A DNA stretch of 64,000 bases from positions 4,128,001 through 4,192,000 of the forward strand of contig OY970303.1 of NCBI GenBank assembly GCA_963716255.1, given 5' to 3'. Source of the stretch: an uncultured Gemmatimonadales bacterium (GTDB lineage: Bacteria > Gemmatimonadota > Gemmatimonadetes > Longimicrobiales > Longimicrobiaceae). Positions 28,649 through 39,873 of this stretch are shown here, piece after piece (the stretch's first letter is position 1; each line of letters opens with the position of its first letter). The translations under genes were made by a program, and so were the position numbers. A model generated the notes under the pieces. That model had not been told where the DNA came from and made no database searches. It was given only the letters and a program-made list of their open reading frames with translations.

Positions 28649-29398
28649 TCACAGCGGGTTGGGATTCTGTTGCTGGCTCTTGAGCCCGGCTTTGTTCGCG
28701 CAGACCATGTCCAGCCACAGGCCGGTCGTGTCTCCAGGGAATGCGGGGGGATCGTTCGATCCGCCGACCCGTACGGAGTCCAGGTCGCCCGAGATCCCCA
28801 CCTTCCCGCGGATCGGACTGTTGGGAGCTCGTTCGACGACTACGGTATGCGGCGCGACCATGGCCCAGGTCGGCCAGTCCAGTACCTGTTGGACGAAGAT
28901 GGTGCCCCCGTCCACCGCCAGGTTCTCTATCGGGCTCCGGTCCACGAAGTGGAAGGTGACGGATCCGATGACGAACGGGACGGCGGTGAAGTCGAAGACC
29001 ACGCCGATGGTGTCCAGGCGGAGTGAATGCCCCGTGAGGACGTCGGTGTACCTCGGCTCGTTGACGACTACGGCGTGTTGATACTGGCCAACGAATGACG
29101 ACCCGTTGTAGTAGTAATAGTCGTCGACCTTCATGCTGATGTAGTTCTCCGTGTGGACGACGGATCCCTTGACCGTGCCCGGGACGATGCCCCACCGCGT
29201 TCCCACTGCCCGCGTCTCGAACTTCATGCACCTCGATGTGGAGTCCGGCTCCGGCAGCAGGCTCGTGGGCTCCTGGTGGATCGGCGTGGCGCCGGCGAGC
29301 GACGGCGGCGCGGGAGCCAGCATCTGGTCCGCGGTGCAGGCGCCCAGGCCGAGGGCGAGCGCGGCGAGCAGAGCGTGGCGTGGACGTGCAGGTCTCAT
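28649..29398 (-). CDS. Hypothetical lipoprotein, atypical (lower GC) composition
   Basis: RBS GGAGGG; lipobox LGAC; beta-rich mature region. Confidence 0.7.
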   Translation of the reverse strand: MRPARPRHALLAALALGLGACTADQMLAPAPPSLAGATPIHQEPTSLLPEPDSTSRCMKFETRAVGTRWGIVPGTVKGSVVHTENYISMKVDDYYYYNGSSFVGQYQHAVVVNEPRYTDVLTGHSLRLDTIGVVFDFTAVPFVIGSVTFHFVDRSPIENLAVDGGTIFVQQVLDWPTWAMVAPHTVVVERAPNSPIRGKVGISGDLDSVRVGGSNDPPAFPGDTTGLWLDMVCANKAGLKSQQQNPNPL

Positions 29399-29594
29399 CG
29401 TCCCCTCCGGGGAGCGGGGTTGAACCTCCGGCCTGCACGGCATCCATTCGTGGATGCCGTGTGGCCTGTCCCGAAAGGTACGCCATCCCCGTTCGCGATC
29501 CAACGATGTTCGCGGTGCTGGCCCATCCGCGCGCCGCGTCCTACCTTGCGGATGCCCCGAAGCCCCGCGCGCCGCATCCTCCCCGGAGGTGTCC

Positions 29595-30524
29595 GTGACC
29601 GAGTCCCCCGCCGCCGCACCCGACGCCTGGCCTAGCCTCCCCCTGGCCGAGTGGGAAGACACCCGCGCCACCCTGCACATGTGGACGCAGGTGGTGGGCA
29701 AGGTGCGCCTGGCGCAGACCCCGTGGATCAACCACTGGTGGCACGTGCCGCTGTACGTCACCCCGCGCGGCCTCACCACCACCGCCATGGCGTACGGTGC
29801 CGGCAGCTTCGAGATCGCCTTCGACTTCGTGGACCACCGGCTGGTGGTGGACGCCGGCGGCGCGGGCTCGCGCACCCTGCCGCTGGAGCCCCGCTCCGTC
29901 GCCGACTTCCACCGCGGGCTGATGGACGCGCTCGCGTCGCTGGGGATCCGCCCGCGGATCTGGCCCGTTCCGGTGGAGGTGCCCGACCCGGTTCCCTTCC
30001 CGGAGGACCACGCCCACGCCTCCTACGACCCCGGGTACGCGCGCCGCTTCGCGCAGGCGCTGGTGCAGGCGGACCGCGTGCTGCGGGAGTTCCGCTCCGG
30101 CTTCACCGGCAAGTGCAGCCCCGTGCACTTCTTCTGGGGGAGCTTCGACCTGGCGGTGACCCGCTTCTCCGGGCGCGGCGCCCCGCCGCACCCCGGCGGC
30201 ATCCCCAGTCTCGCCGACTGGGTGACGCGCGAAGCGTACTCGCACGAGGTGAGCAGCGCCGGCTGGTGGCCCGGCGGCGGCCCCTTCCCCGACGCCGCCT
30301 TCTACGCCTACATGTACCCGCAGCCCGCCGGCTACGGCGACGCGCGCGTGCGCCCGCCGGAGGCCCGCTACCTCGCCGACGCCGGCGAGTGGGTCCTCCC
30401 CCACGAGGCCGTCCGCGTCGCCCCCGACCCGGATGGCGCCGTGCGCGCCTTCCTGGAGGACACCTACGCCGCCGGCGCCGACCTGGCCGGCTGGGACCGC
30501 GCCTCGCTGGAGCGTCCCGCGTGA
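29595..30524 (+). CDS. DUF5996 family protein
   Basis: TLHMWTQVVGK, NHWWH, GKCSPVHFFWGSFDLAVTRFSGR and AYSHE...G.WPG motifs. Confidence 0.87.
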   Translation: MTESPAAAPDAWPSLPLAEWEDTRATLHMWTQVVGKVRLAQTPWINHWWHVPLYVTPRGLTTTAMAYGAGSFEIAFDFVDHRLVVDAGGAGSRTLPLEPRSVADFHRGLMDALASLGIRPRIWPVPVEVPDPVPFPEDHAHASYDPGYARRFAQALVQADRVLREFRSGFTGKCSPVHFFWGSFDLAVTRFSGRGAPPHPGGIPSLADWVTREAYSHEVSSAGWWPGGGPFPDAAFYAYMYPQPAGYGDARVRPPEARYLADAGEWVLPHEAVRVAPDPDGAVRAFLEDTYAAGADLAGWDRASLERPA

Positions 30525-30602
30525 GGCGCGCCGTCCGGAACCCTGGCGCCCCCGTCCGGTAACAGACAGTCCGTTCCCACCCCACCGTCATCCGTCCAGA
30601 GA

Positions 30603-32699
30603 ATGGATCGCATGCACTCGAACAATCGTTGGTTCAGGCTCGGGGCCTCCGGCGTGCTCGGCGCCTCCCTGCTGCTCGGCGGCGCGGCGCAGCGCCTGGA
30701 CGCCCAGGGCGGGCCGCAGGGCCCCGCCGCGCCCGCGCCCCGCGAGTCGTACGGCCCGTGGGGGATCGACGTGCCCGGCATGGACCGCAGCGTCCGCCCG
30801 CAGGACGACTTCTTCCGCTTCGTCAACGGCGGCTGGCTCGACCGCACCGAGATCCCGGCGGACCGCTCCAACTACGGCTCCTTCACCTGGCTGGCCATGG
30901 AGGCCGACCAGGCGAACCGCCGGACCATCGAGGAGGCCGCCGCTTCCCGGAGCGCCGCCCCCGGCTCCGAGCAGCGCAAGGTGGGCGACTACTACCAGAG
31001 CTTCATGGACACCGCGCGCATCCAGCAGCTGGGGATCCAGCCGCTGCGCGCCGAGCTGGCGCGCGTGGCCGCGGTGAGCGGCAAGGCGCAGCTCCCCACC
31101 GCCTTCGCGCGCCTCCAGCGGCTCGGCGTGCAGACGCCCGTGGGCTTCATGATCTGGCAGGACGCCCGGCAGGCCGACCGCTACATCCTCAACGTGGGCC
31201 AGTCCGGGCTGGGGCTCCCCGAGCGCGACTACTACACCGAGGCCAAGTTCGCCGATCAGCGCGCCGCGTACGTCCGCTACGTGGAAACGCTGCTGCGCCT
31301 GTCCGGCGAGCGCGACCCCGCCGGGGCGGCGCGCGGCATCCTGGCGCTGGAGACCGAGCTGGCCAAGGGCCACTGGGAGGGCGCCCGCGCCCGCGACGCC
31401 GAGAAGACGTACAACCTCTACAGCCCCGCCAAGCTGGACTCGCTCACGCCCAGCTTCTCCTGGGCCGGGTACCTGCGGGGCACCGGCGCGCAGGCCACGC
31501 CCGCCGTGGTCGTCCGCATGCCCGACTACTTCCAGAACATGGACCGCGTGGTACGGCAGGTGCCGCTGCAGACCTGGAAGCAGTACATGACCTTCAAGCT
31601 GGTGGAAGCGTACGCCGACGAGCTGAGCCGTCCCTTCGAGGACGCCAAGTTCCAGTTCGCCGGGCGCACGCTCCAGGGGCTGCAGCAGCCCCGTCCCCGC
31701 TGGGCGCTGGGCGTGGCCGCGGTGGAGGGGGCCATGGGGCAGCTGGTGGGCAAGATGTACGTGGAGCGCAACTTCACGCCCGCGGCCAAGGCCCGCATGC
31801 AGGAGCTCATCACCAACCTCCTGGCCGCTTTCCGCCAGGGGATCGACGAGCTGGAGTGGATGACCCCCGAGACCCGGGCCCGGGCGCAGGAAAAGCTCGC
31901 CAAGTTCAACGTCAAGATCGCGTACCCCGACCAGTGGCCCGACTACTCCGGGCTGGAGGTCCGTTCCGGCGACCTGGCCGGCAACGTGATGCGCGCCGCC
32001 GAGTTCGCGCACGAGCGGGCGGTGGGACGGCTGGGCAAGCCCATCGACCGCGCCGAGTGGGGGATGACCCCGCAGACGGTGAACGCGTACTACAGCAGCA
32101 CGATGAACGAGATCGTGTTCCCGGCCGCCATCCTCCAGCCGCCGTTCTTCAACCCCACCGCCGACGACGCGGTGAACTACGGGGCCATCGGCGCGGTGAT
32201 CGGGCACGAGATCAGCCATGGCTTCGACGACCAGGGCTCGCGCTCCGACGGCGACGGCAACCTGCGCAACTGGTGGTCCGAAAACGACCTGCGCGAGTTC
32301 GGCAAGCGCACCGACGCGCTGGTGGCGCAGTACAACGCCTTCAGTCCCGCCGCGGGGGTCAACGTCAACGGGCGCTTCACCCTGGGCGAGAACATCGGCG
32401 ACCTGAGCGGGCTGGCCGTCGCGTACAAGGCGTACAAGATCGCCACGCGGGGCAGGGAGATGCCGGTCATCGAGGGCTTCACCGGCGACCAGCGGTTCTT
32501 CCTGGGGTGGGGGCAGATCTGGCGGCGCGAGTACCGCGACGCCGACATCCGCCAGCGGATCCTGACCGACCCGCACTCGCCGAGCGAGTTCCGAACCAAC
32601 GGGCCGCTGCGAAACTTCGAGCCGTTCTACGCGGCGTTCGGGGTGAAGCAGGGAGACCGGATGTACCTGCCGCCGGAGCAGCGGGTGAAGATCTGGTAA
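30603..32699 (+). CDS. M13 family zinc metallopeptidase (PepO/neprilysin-like), secreted
   Basis: DDFFRFVNGGW, VNAYY, HEISHGFDDQG, GENIGD and TDPHSP motifs. Confidence 0.95.
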   Translation: MDRMHSNNRWFRLGASGVLGASLLLGGAAQRLDAQGGPQGPAAPAPRESYGPWGIDVPGMDRSVRPQDDFFRFVNGGWLDRTEIPADRSNYGSFTWLAMEADQANRRTIEEAAASRSAAPGSEQRKVGDYYQSFMDTARIQQLGIQPLRAELARVAAVSGKAQLPTAFARLQRLGVQTPVGFMIWQDARQADRYILNVGQSGLGLPERDYYTEAKFADQRAAYVRYVETLLRLSGERDPAGAARGILALETELAKGHWEGARARDAEKTYNLYSPAKLDSLTPSFSWAGYLRGTGAQATPAVVVRMPDYFQNMDRVVRQVPLQTWKQYMTFKLVEAYADELSRPFEDAKFQFAGRTLQGLQQPRPRWALGVAAVEGAMGQLVGKMYVERNFTPAAKARMQELITNLLAAFRQGIDELEWMTPETRARAQEKLAKFNVKIAYPDQWPDYSGLEVRSGDLAGNVMRAAEFAHERAVGRLGKPIDRAEWGMTPQTVNAYYSSTMNEIVFPAAILQPPFFNPTADDAVNYGAIGAVIGHEISHGFDDQGSRSDGDGNLRNWWSENDLREFGKRTDALVAQYNAFSPAAGVNVNGRFTLGENIGDLSGLAVAYKAYKIATRGREMPVIEGFTGDQRFFLGWGQIWRREYRDADIRQRILTDPHSPSEFRTNGPLRNFEPFYAAFGVKQGDRMYLPPEQRVKIW

Positions 32700-32725
32700 G
32701 CTCCTTCTCCAGAAGGGGTTGAACA

Positions 32726-32765
32726 ACCGGCCCGGGTCCGCAGTCGCGGATCCGGGCCGGTTCTT
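32726..32765 (+). terminator. Intrinsic terminator after the M13 gene
   Basis: aaccggcccgg..ccgggccggtt hairpin followed by tctt. Confidence 0.65.
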
Positions 32766-32817
32766 CGTTCGGGATAGGTCACGGCCCTGGGGTGCTCACT
32801 GGTCGTCGACCATCTTG

Positions 32818-32838
32818 CGGATGAAAATCATTCTCAAC
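32818..32838. promoter_or_regulatory. Fur-box-like operator upstream of the TonB-dependent receptor
   Basis: GATGAAAATCATTCTCAA, an AT-rich imperfect palindrome resembling the Fur consensus. Confidence 0.7.
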
Positions 32839-32908
32839 ATAATATCGCCTCCGGCCGCTCTGCCACGGCCGGCCATCCACCTCATCGTCAAGACCGCTGG
32901 AGCGGACC

Positions 32909-35332
32909 ATGTCCAAGAAGAACCGTGCCCGCAGGGCGCGCCCCATGCAGCCGCGGCAACCTGAGCCGGTCAGCAGCCGCCCCGTCCAGGGCCTTGCCCT
33001 CCCGGCGTGGGCACTCACCGGCGTCGTGATGGTGGGCGCGGTGATCGGCGGCTCCGCCGCGCCCGCCCTGGCCCAGGAACCCACCCGCACCGCCGCCGAC
33101 GCGAGCCCCGCGACGCGCCGCTTCGACATCCCTGCCGGCCTGCTGTCCGAGGCGCTGGCCGCCTACGGCCGCGCGACGGGCCTGGTGATCCAGGACCCTG
33201 CCGCGGTGCTCGGCGGCATCGGCACCGCGGGTGCTTCCGGCGAGATGACGGACGAGGGCGCGCTCCGCGAGCTGCTCGGCGGCACCGGCGTCACGTACCG
33301 CTTCGTGAGCTCCCGCACCATCCGGCTGGAGCGAGGCGATCTTCCGCCCGCCCGCATCACCGAGCGCGCGACGCTGCTGGACCCGCTCACCGTGACCGGC
33401 GCCCAGGTGTCCGCCTCGCCCAAGTACGCGCAGCCGCTGCGCGACGTGCCGCAGACGGTGACCGTCGTGCCGAGGGAGGTCATCGAGCAGCAGGGCGCGA
33501 CCTCGCTCCGGGACGTGCTGCGCAACGTGAGCGGCCTCACCGTGAACGCCGGCGAGGGCGGGGCCACGCCGGGCGACAACTTCAACCTCCGCGGCTTCAG
33601 CGCCCGCAGCGACGTGTTCGTGGACGGGGTGCGCGACATCGGCGGGTACTCACGGGCGACCTTCAACGTGGAGCAGGTGGAGGTGGCCAAGGGGCCGGGC
33701 TCCACCTACACCGGTCGCGGCTCCACCGGAGGCTCCATCAACCTGGTGACCAAGACCCCGCACGTCCGGCAGGACTATGCGGCGACGACGGCGCTGGGCA
33801 ACGCGGAGTACGGCCGGGCGACGCTCGACGCCAACCAGCCGCTGGGAGTGGCGGGAGGCGCATTCCGCCTCAACGCGCAGTACGAGCACGACGGCGTGGC
33901 CGGGCTGGACGTGGTGGAGAAGGAGAACTGGGGGGTCGCGCCGTCGCTCGCCTTCGGGCTGGGCGGCTCCACCCGGCTGACGGCGCAGTACTTCCACGCG
34001 GAGCAGGACAACACGCCGGCGTACGGCATCCTGAGCCAGGACAGCCTGCCGCGGGTGGACACCCGCAACTTCTTCGGCCTCACGGACCTGGACCGCGAGA
34101 ACGTCGTGGCCGACGAGGCGACGCTGCGCGTGGACCACGTGGTGGGCAGCACCCTCTCGCTCCGCAACCAGAGCACGTGGCGGCGCAGCGAGGTGGACCG
34201 GATCGTCACCTTCGCCAGCACGGCCAACCTGAGCCGCAGCAGCCGCTCGCACCTCACGGAGGACGAGAACCTTTCCAACCAGACGACGCTGAACGCCGCG
34301 TTCGAGACCGGCCGGCTCCGCCACACCCTGGTGAGCGGGGTGGAAGTGGCGCGCGAGCGGTCCACGTTCGGGAGCTACGCGTTCAGCGCCGCGCCGCCGG
34401 CCATCGCCGACCTCAACGATCCCAACCCGAAGGACCCCTACACCGGCGTTGCCACGGCGCGGCGGCCGACGCGCGACGCAACGTCCACCAGCGTGGGCGT
34501 GTTCGCCTTCGAGACGCTGCAGGTGGCGCCGCAGCTGGAGCTCACCGGCGCCCTGCGCTACGACTACTTCAGGGCGCAGTACCAGGACTCGCTGGGGGTG
34601 GCGCTGGATCCCGCCGGGACGACCACGCGCGCCCTGACCTGGCGGGCCGGAGCCGTGGTCAAGCCCGCCGGAAACGGCAGTGTGTACGCTGCCGTGGGCA
34701 CCTCGTTCAACCCATCGGGCGAAACGCTGGCGCTGGACAGCCGCGGCACGGCGGGACTCGACCCGGAGCGGAGCCGCAGCGCGGAGGTGGGCACCAAGTG
34801 GGACCTGCTGCGTCAGCGCCTGTCGCTTTCCGCGGCGCTGTTCCGCACCGAGAAGACCAACGCGCGCATGACCAATCCCGCGGATCCCAACGGGCCGCAG
34901 ATCCTGGCCGGCGAGCAGCGGGTGCAGGGCGCGGAGCTCGGGGTCAGCGGAAAGCTGGCGCGCTGGTGGACCGTGTTCACGAACTACGCGTTCCTGGACA
35001 GCGAGCTGGTGGAAGGTTCGGGAACGGACGTGGGGAAGCCGCTTCCCAACACGCCGAAGCACTCGGGGAGCGTGTGGACCACCCTCGCCCTCCCGCACCA
35101 TGCAGAAGTGGGCGGCGGGATGCGGTACATGGGCGAGCGGTTCGCGCGCGGCAGCTTCTACGTGCCGGACTACACCGTGTTTGACGCCGAGGCCGGAGTG
35201 CCGGTGAGCCAGCGGCTGACGCTGCGGCTCAACGTGTACAACCTCGCGGACCGCACCTACTACGACAACGGCCGCTTCTGGGTCCCGTCGCCGGGGCGCA
35301 CGGTGCGCGTTTCGGCCAACTTCGACTTCTGA
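32909..35332 (+). CDS. TonB-dependent siderophore receptor (Fiu/PiuA-like) with N-terminal STN domain
   Basis: FDIPAG.L..AL..Y...TG (STN); plug PQTVTVV...[16 protein letters not shown]-terminal F. Confidence 0.92.
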   Translation: MSKKNRARRARPMQPRQPEPVSSRPVQGLALPAWALTGVVMVGAVIGGSAAPALAQEPTRTAADASPATRRFDIPAGLLSEALAAYGRATGLVIQDPAAVLGGIGTAGASGEMTDEGALRELLGGTGVTYRFVSSRTIRLERGDLPPARITERATLLDPLTVTGAQVSASPKYAQPLRDVPQTVTVVPREVIEQQGATSLRDVLRNVSGLTVNAGEGGATPGDNFNLRGFSARSDVFVDGVRDIGGYSRATFNVEQVEVAKGPGSTYTGRGSTGGSINLVTKTPHVRQDYAATTALGNAEYGRATLDANQPLGVAGGAFRLNAQYEHDGVAGLDVVEKENWGVAPSLAFGLGGSTRLTAQYFHAEQDNTPAYGILSQDSLPRVDTRNFFGLTDLDRENVVADEATLRVDHVVGSTLSLRNQSTWRRSEVDRIVTFASTANLSRSSRSHLTEDENLSNQTTLNAAFETGRLRHTLVSGVEVARERSTFGSYAFSAAPPAIADLNDPNPKDPYTGVATARRPTRDATSTSVGVFAFETLQVAPQLELTGALRYDYFRAQYQDSLGVALDPAGTTTRALTWRAGAVVKPAGNGSVYAAVGTSFNPSGETLALDSRGTAGLDPERSRSAEVGTKWDLLRQRLSLSAALFRTEKTNARMTNPADPNGPQILAGEQRVQGAELGVSGKLARWWTVFTNYAFLDSELVEGSGTDVGKPLPNTPKHSGSVWTTLALPHHAEVGGGMRYMGERFARGSFYVPDYTVFDAEAGVPVSQRLTLRLNVYNLADRTYYDNGRFWVPSPGRTVRVSANFDF

Positions 35333-35396
35333 CGCTCATCCGCGCCCCGGACCGGCCGGGGCGCGGTCTCCTTTTCCGCACGAAAGTCAACCGGCA

Positions 35397-36077
35397 ATGC
35401 TTCTTCACATCCCCGACGTGCTCACCGCCGAGCAGGTGGCCGAGGCCCGCCGCGCGCTCGACGCGGCGGACTGGGTGGACGGCAGCGTGACCGCGGGCGC
35501 GCAGTCCGCCAGGGCCAAGAACAACATGCAGCTTCCGGAAGACCACCCGGTGGCGCGGCAGCTGGGCGACCTGATCCTGCAGCGGCTGAACCAGAACCCG
35601 CTCTTCATCTCCGCCGCCCTTCCTTCCCGGGTCTTTCCACCGCTGTTCAGCCGGTACACGGGGGGCCAGTCTTTCGGCACGCACGTGGACAACGCCATCC
35701 GGCAGGTGGCGGGCACTCCGCACCGGATCCGCACCGACCTGTCGGCGACGCTGTTCCTGGCCGACCCGTCCGAGTACGACGGCGGCGAGCTGAGCGTGGA
35801 GGACACCTACGGCGTGCAGAGCGTGAAGCTGCCCGCCGGGCACATGATCCTGTACCCGGCCACCAGCCTGCACCACGTCCGGCCGGTGACCCGGGGAGCG
35901 CGCATCGCATCGTTCTTCTGGATCCAGAGCATGGTGCGCGACGACGCCGCGCGCACGCTGCTGCTGGACCTGGACTCCGCCATCCAGGGGCTGAGCCGCG
36001 ACGTGCCGGACCACCCGGCGGCCGTGCAGCTCACCGGCATCTACCACAACCTGCTGCGCCGCTGGGTCGACCTGTGA
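35397..36077 (+). CDS. piuC: PKHD-type Fe(II)/2-oxoglutarate dioxygenase (PiuC/YbiX)
   Basis: [32 protein letters not shown] and YHNLLRRW motifs. Confidence 0.93.
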   Translation: MLLHIPDVLTAEQVAEARRALDAADWVDGSVTAGAQSARAKNNMQLPEDHPVARQLGDLILQRLNQNPLFISAALPSRVFPPLFSRYTGGQSFGTHVDNAIRQVAGTPHRIRTDLSATLFLADPSEYDGGELSVEDTYGVQSVKLPAGHMILYPATSLHHVRPVTRGARIASFFWIQSMVRDDAARTLLLDLDSAIQGLSRDVPDHPAAVQLTGIYHNLLRRWVDL

Positions 36078-36174
36078 AGGACGGGCTCCGGCCGGAACGG
36101 GAAGCCTCCTGCGGGTCGATGCCCGCAGGAGGCTTTTCAACGTACGGATGCGGCCCGTGCACGCCGACGGCGTC

Positions 36175-37461
36175 CTACGATCCCGCCGCGGTGAAGCGCT
36201 CCTCGCGGACCGGGCGGCTCCGCCAGCCGGGTCTCCGGCGTCCGCGCCAGCTCCGGAGCCGCCGCAGCGAGAGCGACATGCCCGTCCATACGAGGACCGC
36301 GGCGCCGAGCGATGCGATTCCGGCCACCGTCTGCCCGAAGAGGCCGAGCACCTCTCCGGTGTGCGCGAAGCGAAGGACCATGCGGATCCTGCGGCCCATC
36401 GTGGCTTCCGAGAACGGCTCCCATGCCACCACCTGTCCCGTGGCGCGGTCCAGCTCCAGCGAGGCGCGCTTGTGCGGCTGGCCGCCGGTGCCCCGGTCCA
36501 GGGTGAAGCGGAGCGGCGCGTCCGCCGCGCGGGGCACCTGGAGCGAGAGCGTGCGCCAGCCGGAGACCTGGCGCCCCGCGCGAGCGATCAGGGCGTCGGT
36601 TCCCGCCAGCGACACGGCCGGCTCACCTTCCCCGCGAGCCCGCCCGTCCGTGCGCTCCCCGCGGGCGGCACCGCCTCCGGAACGCCGCTCCGCGCCGCCG
36701 GGACGGACGCCGGTTCGCGGCTCGCGGTCCGCCTGCGGCCCGCCCCGCGGTCCTTCCGGCGCCGGGGGCTCCTCGCCCGCCACCCGGTACACCAGGTCCC
36801 CGGCCCAGCGGTAGGAGATCACGACGCCGGAAAGCACGATCACGAACAGCGGGACCACGGACCAGACGCCGATCACGTTGTGCCAGTTGAAGTCGCGCGC
36901 CTTGGGGGCGAGGCCCCGGCGGAAGAGGGTGACGCTGGCCAGGGCGCGGCGGCTCCAGTTGCGCGGCCACCACAGATAGAAGCCGCTGACCACGAGGAAC
37001 AGGAACGCCAGGTTGCTCGCCCCGGTGATCATCCGGCCGATCTCGCGGTTCTCGTCCGTTCCGCCGAGCCAGCGGTGCCAGTCGGTCATGACGCGGAAGA
37101 AGCCGCGAACGCCGGTGGCTCCTTCCCCCAGCACCTCGCCCGTGTAGGCGTTGGCGAACACGGTCCGCTCCCTCCCGAAGGAAACCTGCACTGGAGCCTC
37201 CGGATCCGCGCGCCACAGGATCGCGGTGGGGGCCGGACCGCCGCCCCTCCCCTGCACCCGCTCGAGCAGCGTCCCGATGGGGAGGCGTGCCGTCCCCGCC
37301 ACGGGGGGCGATCCGTCCAGCCCGCGCAGGTCCGCCCAGGCCGTGACCTGCTTCTGGTACGTGAGCGCGACCCCCGTGACGGACATGACGAGGACGACCA
37401 GCCCGGCGACGATGCCCGCAGCCAGGTGGCACCAGAAGATCACCGTGCGGAATTGCTTCAT
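36175..37461 (-). CDS. PepSY-associated TM helix protein (PiuB-like iron-regulated membrane protein)
   Basis: FWCHL..G, SVTG, WHRWL, SGFYLWWPR, WHNVIG and AHTGE motifs. Confidence 0.88.
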   Translation of the reverse strand: MKQFRTVIFWCHLAAGIVAGLVVLVMSVTGVALTYQKQVTAWADLRGLDGSPPVAGTARLPIGTLLERVQGRGGGPAPTAILWRADPEAPVQVSFGRERTVFANAYTGEVLGEGATGVRGFFRVMTDWHRWLGGTDENREIGRMITGASNLAFLFLVVSGFYLWWPRNWSRRALASVTLFRRGLAPKARDFNWHNVIGVWSVVPLFVIVLSGVVISYRWAGDLVYRVAGEEPPAPEGPRGGPQADREPRTGVRPGGAERRSGGGAARGERTDGRARGEGEPAVSLAGTDALIARAGRQVSGWRTLSLQVPRAADAPLRFTLDRGTGGQPHKRASLELDRATGQVVAWEPFSEATMGRRIRMVLRFAHTGEVLGLFGQTVAGIASLGAAVLVWTGMSLSLRRLRSWRGRRRPGWRSRPVREERFTAAGS

Positions 37462-37493
37462 GACCAGGTTCGACGAAAGGAAGGTCAAGGATA

Positions 37494-37512
37494 AATGAGA
37501 AGGATTCTCAAT
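37494..37512. promoter_or_regulatory. Fur-box-like operator upstream of the PepSY gene
   Basis: AATGAGAAGGATTCTCAAT, containing the TGAGAA-N3-TTCTCA palindrome. Confidence 0.7.
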
Positions 37513-37702
37513 CGCATCAGAATAGGAGGCGCCCGACGAAGTGTCAACCGGAGCCGTCTACCCGCTGCCGGCGCGGGCTGCCTCCCGGGCTGCGACAAAG
37601 GCTTTGCGCGCGGCGGGGGCGCGCCCTAACTTGGGGGCCACCCCTCTCGCGCCTCCCAGGCGCGTACACCCCTCCCTTCCCCCGCCCGTTCCGGAGGCTT
37701 CC

Positions 37703-38125
37703 ATGCTCAGGAGCATCGCCGCCGTACTCTTCGGCTTCGTCCTCATCGGCGCCCTTTCCATCGGGGCGGACGTAGTGCTCAGGCAGGCCCTGCCCACCGC
37801 CTTCGACGCCGCGGGCCGCGTGGAGAGCGTCGACGTCCTGCTGCTGATGATGGGCTACGTGGGGCTGTTCGCCGTCACCGGGTGCTATCTCACCGCCCGC
37901 ATCGCCCCCGGCCGCCCCATGCTCCACGCGCTGGTCCTGGGCGCGCTCGGGCTCGCCTTCAACATCGCCGGCAGCATCGCGCTGTGGGACACCGCGCCGG
38001 CCTGGTACCACGTGGCGTCGCTCGTCCTGGTGATGCCCTACGCCTGGGTCGGCGGGCTCCTCCGCCAGGTGGAGCTGGAGCGCAACGGCGAGGGCGCCGC
38101 GGTCGTGGACCCGCGCCCCGCCTGA
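37703..38125 (+). CDS. Hypothetical membrane protein (4 TM)
   Basis: RBS GGAGG; hydrophobic helices; AP.RPM.HAL and PAWY motifs. Confidence 0.78.
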   Translation: MLRSIAAVLFGFVLIGALSIGADVVLRQALPTAFDAAGRVESVDVLLLMMGYVGLFAVTGCYLTARIAPGRPMLHALVLGALGLAFNIAGSIALWDTAPAWYHVASLVLVMPYAWVGGLLRQVELERNGEGAAVVDPRPA

Positions 38126-38288
38126 GCCCTGCGGCCGGCCGCTCCGGCCCCCCGCACAGCCCCTACGAGGCCCCTCCGCCCCCACGGTCGAGGGGCTTCG
38201 CCGTTCCGCACTCCCGCACTTTCGCACTCCCTCTCCGGTCCCCTACTCTGTCCCCGTATTCCGTAATCCGTCCTGAACCACGGGAACC

Positions 38289-39584
38289 ATGAGCGACCAT
38301 CCGGCACCCCACGCGCGGGACCTGGGCAGGGAGCGGCAGGCGGGGATCTTCGTGGCGGGCGTGGGCGGGCGGCGCCCCGCCGTGCCCGTGGACCCCGCGC
38401 GGCTGGAGGCGGCGGCCCGCCGGGCCATGTCCCCGGAGGCCTTCGCGTACGTGGCGGGCGGCGCCGGCGCCGAGGGCACCGTGCGCGCCAACCGCGAGGC
38501 CTTCGAGCGCTGGCGCATCGTGCCGCGCATGCTGCGCGACGTGTCCGTGCGCGACACCTCGGTGGAGCTCTTCGGCGCGCGCATCCCGTCGCCCCTGCTG
38601 CTGGCGCCCATCGGCGTGCTGGAGATGGCGCACCCGGAGGCGGACCTGGCCGTGGCCCGCGCCGCCGCCGCCGAGGGCGTGCCGATGATCTTTTCCAGCC
38701 AGGCCTCCGTGCCCATGGAGGCGTGCGCCCGCGCCATGGGCGACGCCCCCCGCTGGTTCCAGCTGTACTGGAGTCGCTCCGACGACCTGGTCGCCAGCTT
38801 CGTCCGCCGCGCCGAAGCGTGCGGGTGCTCCGCGATCGTCCTCACCCTGGACACCACCCTGCTGGGGTGGCGCCCGCGCGACCTGGACCTGGGCTACCTC
38901 CCCTTCCTGCGGGGGATGGGGATCGCGCAGTACACCAGCGACCCCGTGTTCCGCGCCAGCCTCGCCGAGCCGCTGGACGCGCCGCCGGCCGGGAAGCCCG
39001 CCGTGAACCTGGCTTCGCTGCGCGCCTTCGCGGGGATGCTGCGCAGGTACCCCGGCGCAGGCCTGCGCGAGCGGCTCCGCACCGGCGCGCCGCGGGCCGC
39101 CGTGCAGCGGTTCATCGCCACCTACTCGCGCCCCTCGCTCACCTGGGACGACCTGGGCTTCCTCCGCGATCGCACGCGCCTCCCCATCCTCCTCAAGGGG
39201 ATCCTGCACCCGGAGGACGCGCGCATGGCCGTGGAGCGGGGGATGGACGGCGTGGTGGTCTCCAACCACGGCGGCCGGCAGGTGGACGGGGTCGTGGGCG
39301 CGCTGGACGCGCTCCCGGGGGTGGTGTCGGAGGTCGGCGGGCGGGTGCCGGTGCTCTTCGACAGCGGCGTGCGCGGCGGCGCGGACGTGTTCCGGGCGCT
39401 GGCGCTGGGGGCCGCCGCCGTCTGCCTGGGGCGCCCGTACGCCTACGGCCTCGCCGTGGCCGGGGAGGCGGGCGCGCGCGAGGTGGTCCGCAACGTCGCC
39501 GCGGAGTTCGACCTGACCCTGGGGCTTGCGGGGTGCGCCTCCGTTTCCGCGATCGGGCCGGAGTGCCTGGTGCGGATTGGTTGA
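38289..39584 (+). CDS. FMN-dependent alpha-hydroxy acid oxidase / lactate 2-monooxygenase
   Basis: [33 protein letters not shown] and DSGVR motifs. Confidence 0.92.
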   Translation: MSDHPAPHARDLGRERQAGIFVAGVGGRRPAVPVDPARLEAAARRAMSPEAFAYVAGGAGAEGTVRANREAFERWRIVPRMLRDVSVRDTSVELFGARIPSPLLLAPIGVLEMAHPEADLAVARAAAAEGVPMIFSSQASVPMEACARAMGDAPRWFQLYWSRSDDLVASFVRRAEACGCSAIVLTLDTTLLGWRPRDLDLGYLPFLRGMGIAQYTSDPVFRASLAEPLDAPPAGKPAVNLASLRAFAGMLRRYPGAGLRERLRTGAPRAAVQRFIATYSRPSLTWDDLGFLRDRTRLPILLKGILHPEDARMAVERGMDGVVVSNHGGRQVDGVVGALDALPGVVSEVGGRVPVLFDSGVRGGADVFRALALGAAAVCLGRPYAYGLAVAGEAGAREVVRNVAAEFDLTLGLAGCASVSAIGPECLVRIG

Positions 39585-39605
39585 GCGGCTTTTGGCGGCG
39601 GGTCC

Positions 39606-39734
39606 GGGCGTGCCCCCGGCTGGCGCCGGGGTCGGGCTTCGGCTCCGTAGAGCAGCAAACAACGCTGCTCAACGGAGTCGAGCCCGCGCAAACAGCCGCG
39701 CGGTCTCGCCCCTCCGGGCCGGAATCCCTCACGC
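39606..39734 (-). repeat. Structured dispersed element, copy G
   Basis: Reverse-complement copy; P5 stem GAGCAGC/GCTGCTC. Confidence 0.95.
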
Positions 39735-39873
39735 GGGGCACGCGCTGGCGTCCGCCGATGCCTGCGCCACCCGGAAGCCCGGGCTCCCAACGCCGCGCGC
39801 GAGGGCGCTGTACATCCGGGGGAAGGGCCGCGCGGGTGCGCGGCCTCTGGCCACGCACACCCGGAGCATGCAC

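Noticed and set aside
32700..32908. Cobalamin riboswitch upstream of the TonB-dependent receptor
   Set aside because: No B12-box seen. A Fur-like box and adjacent piuC indicate iron uptake.
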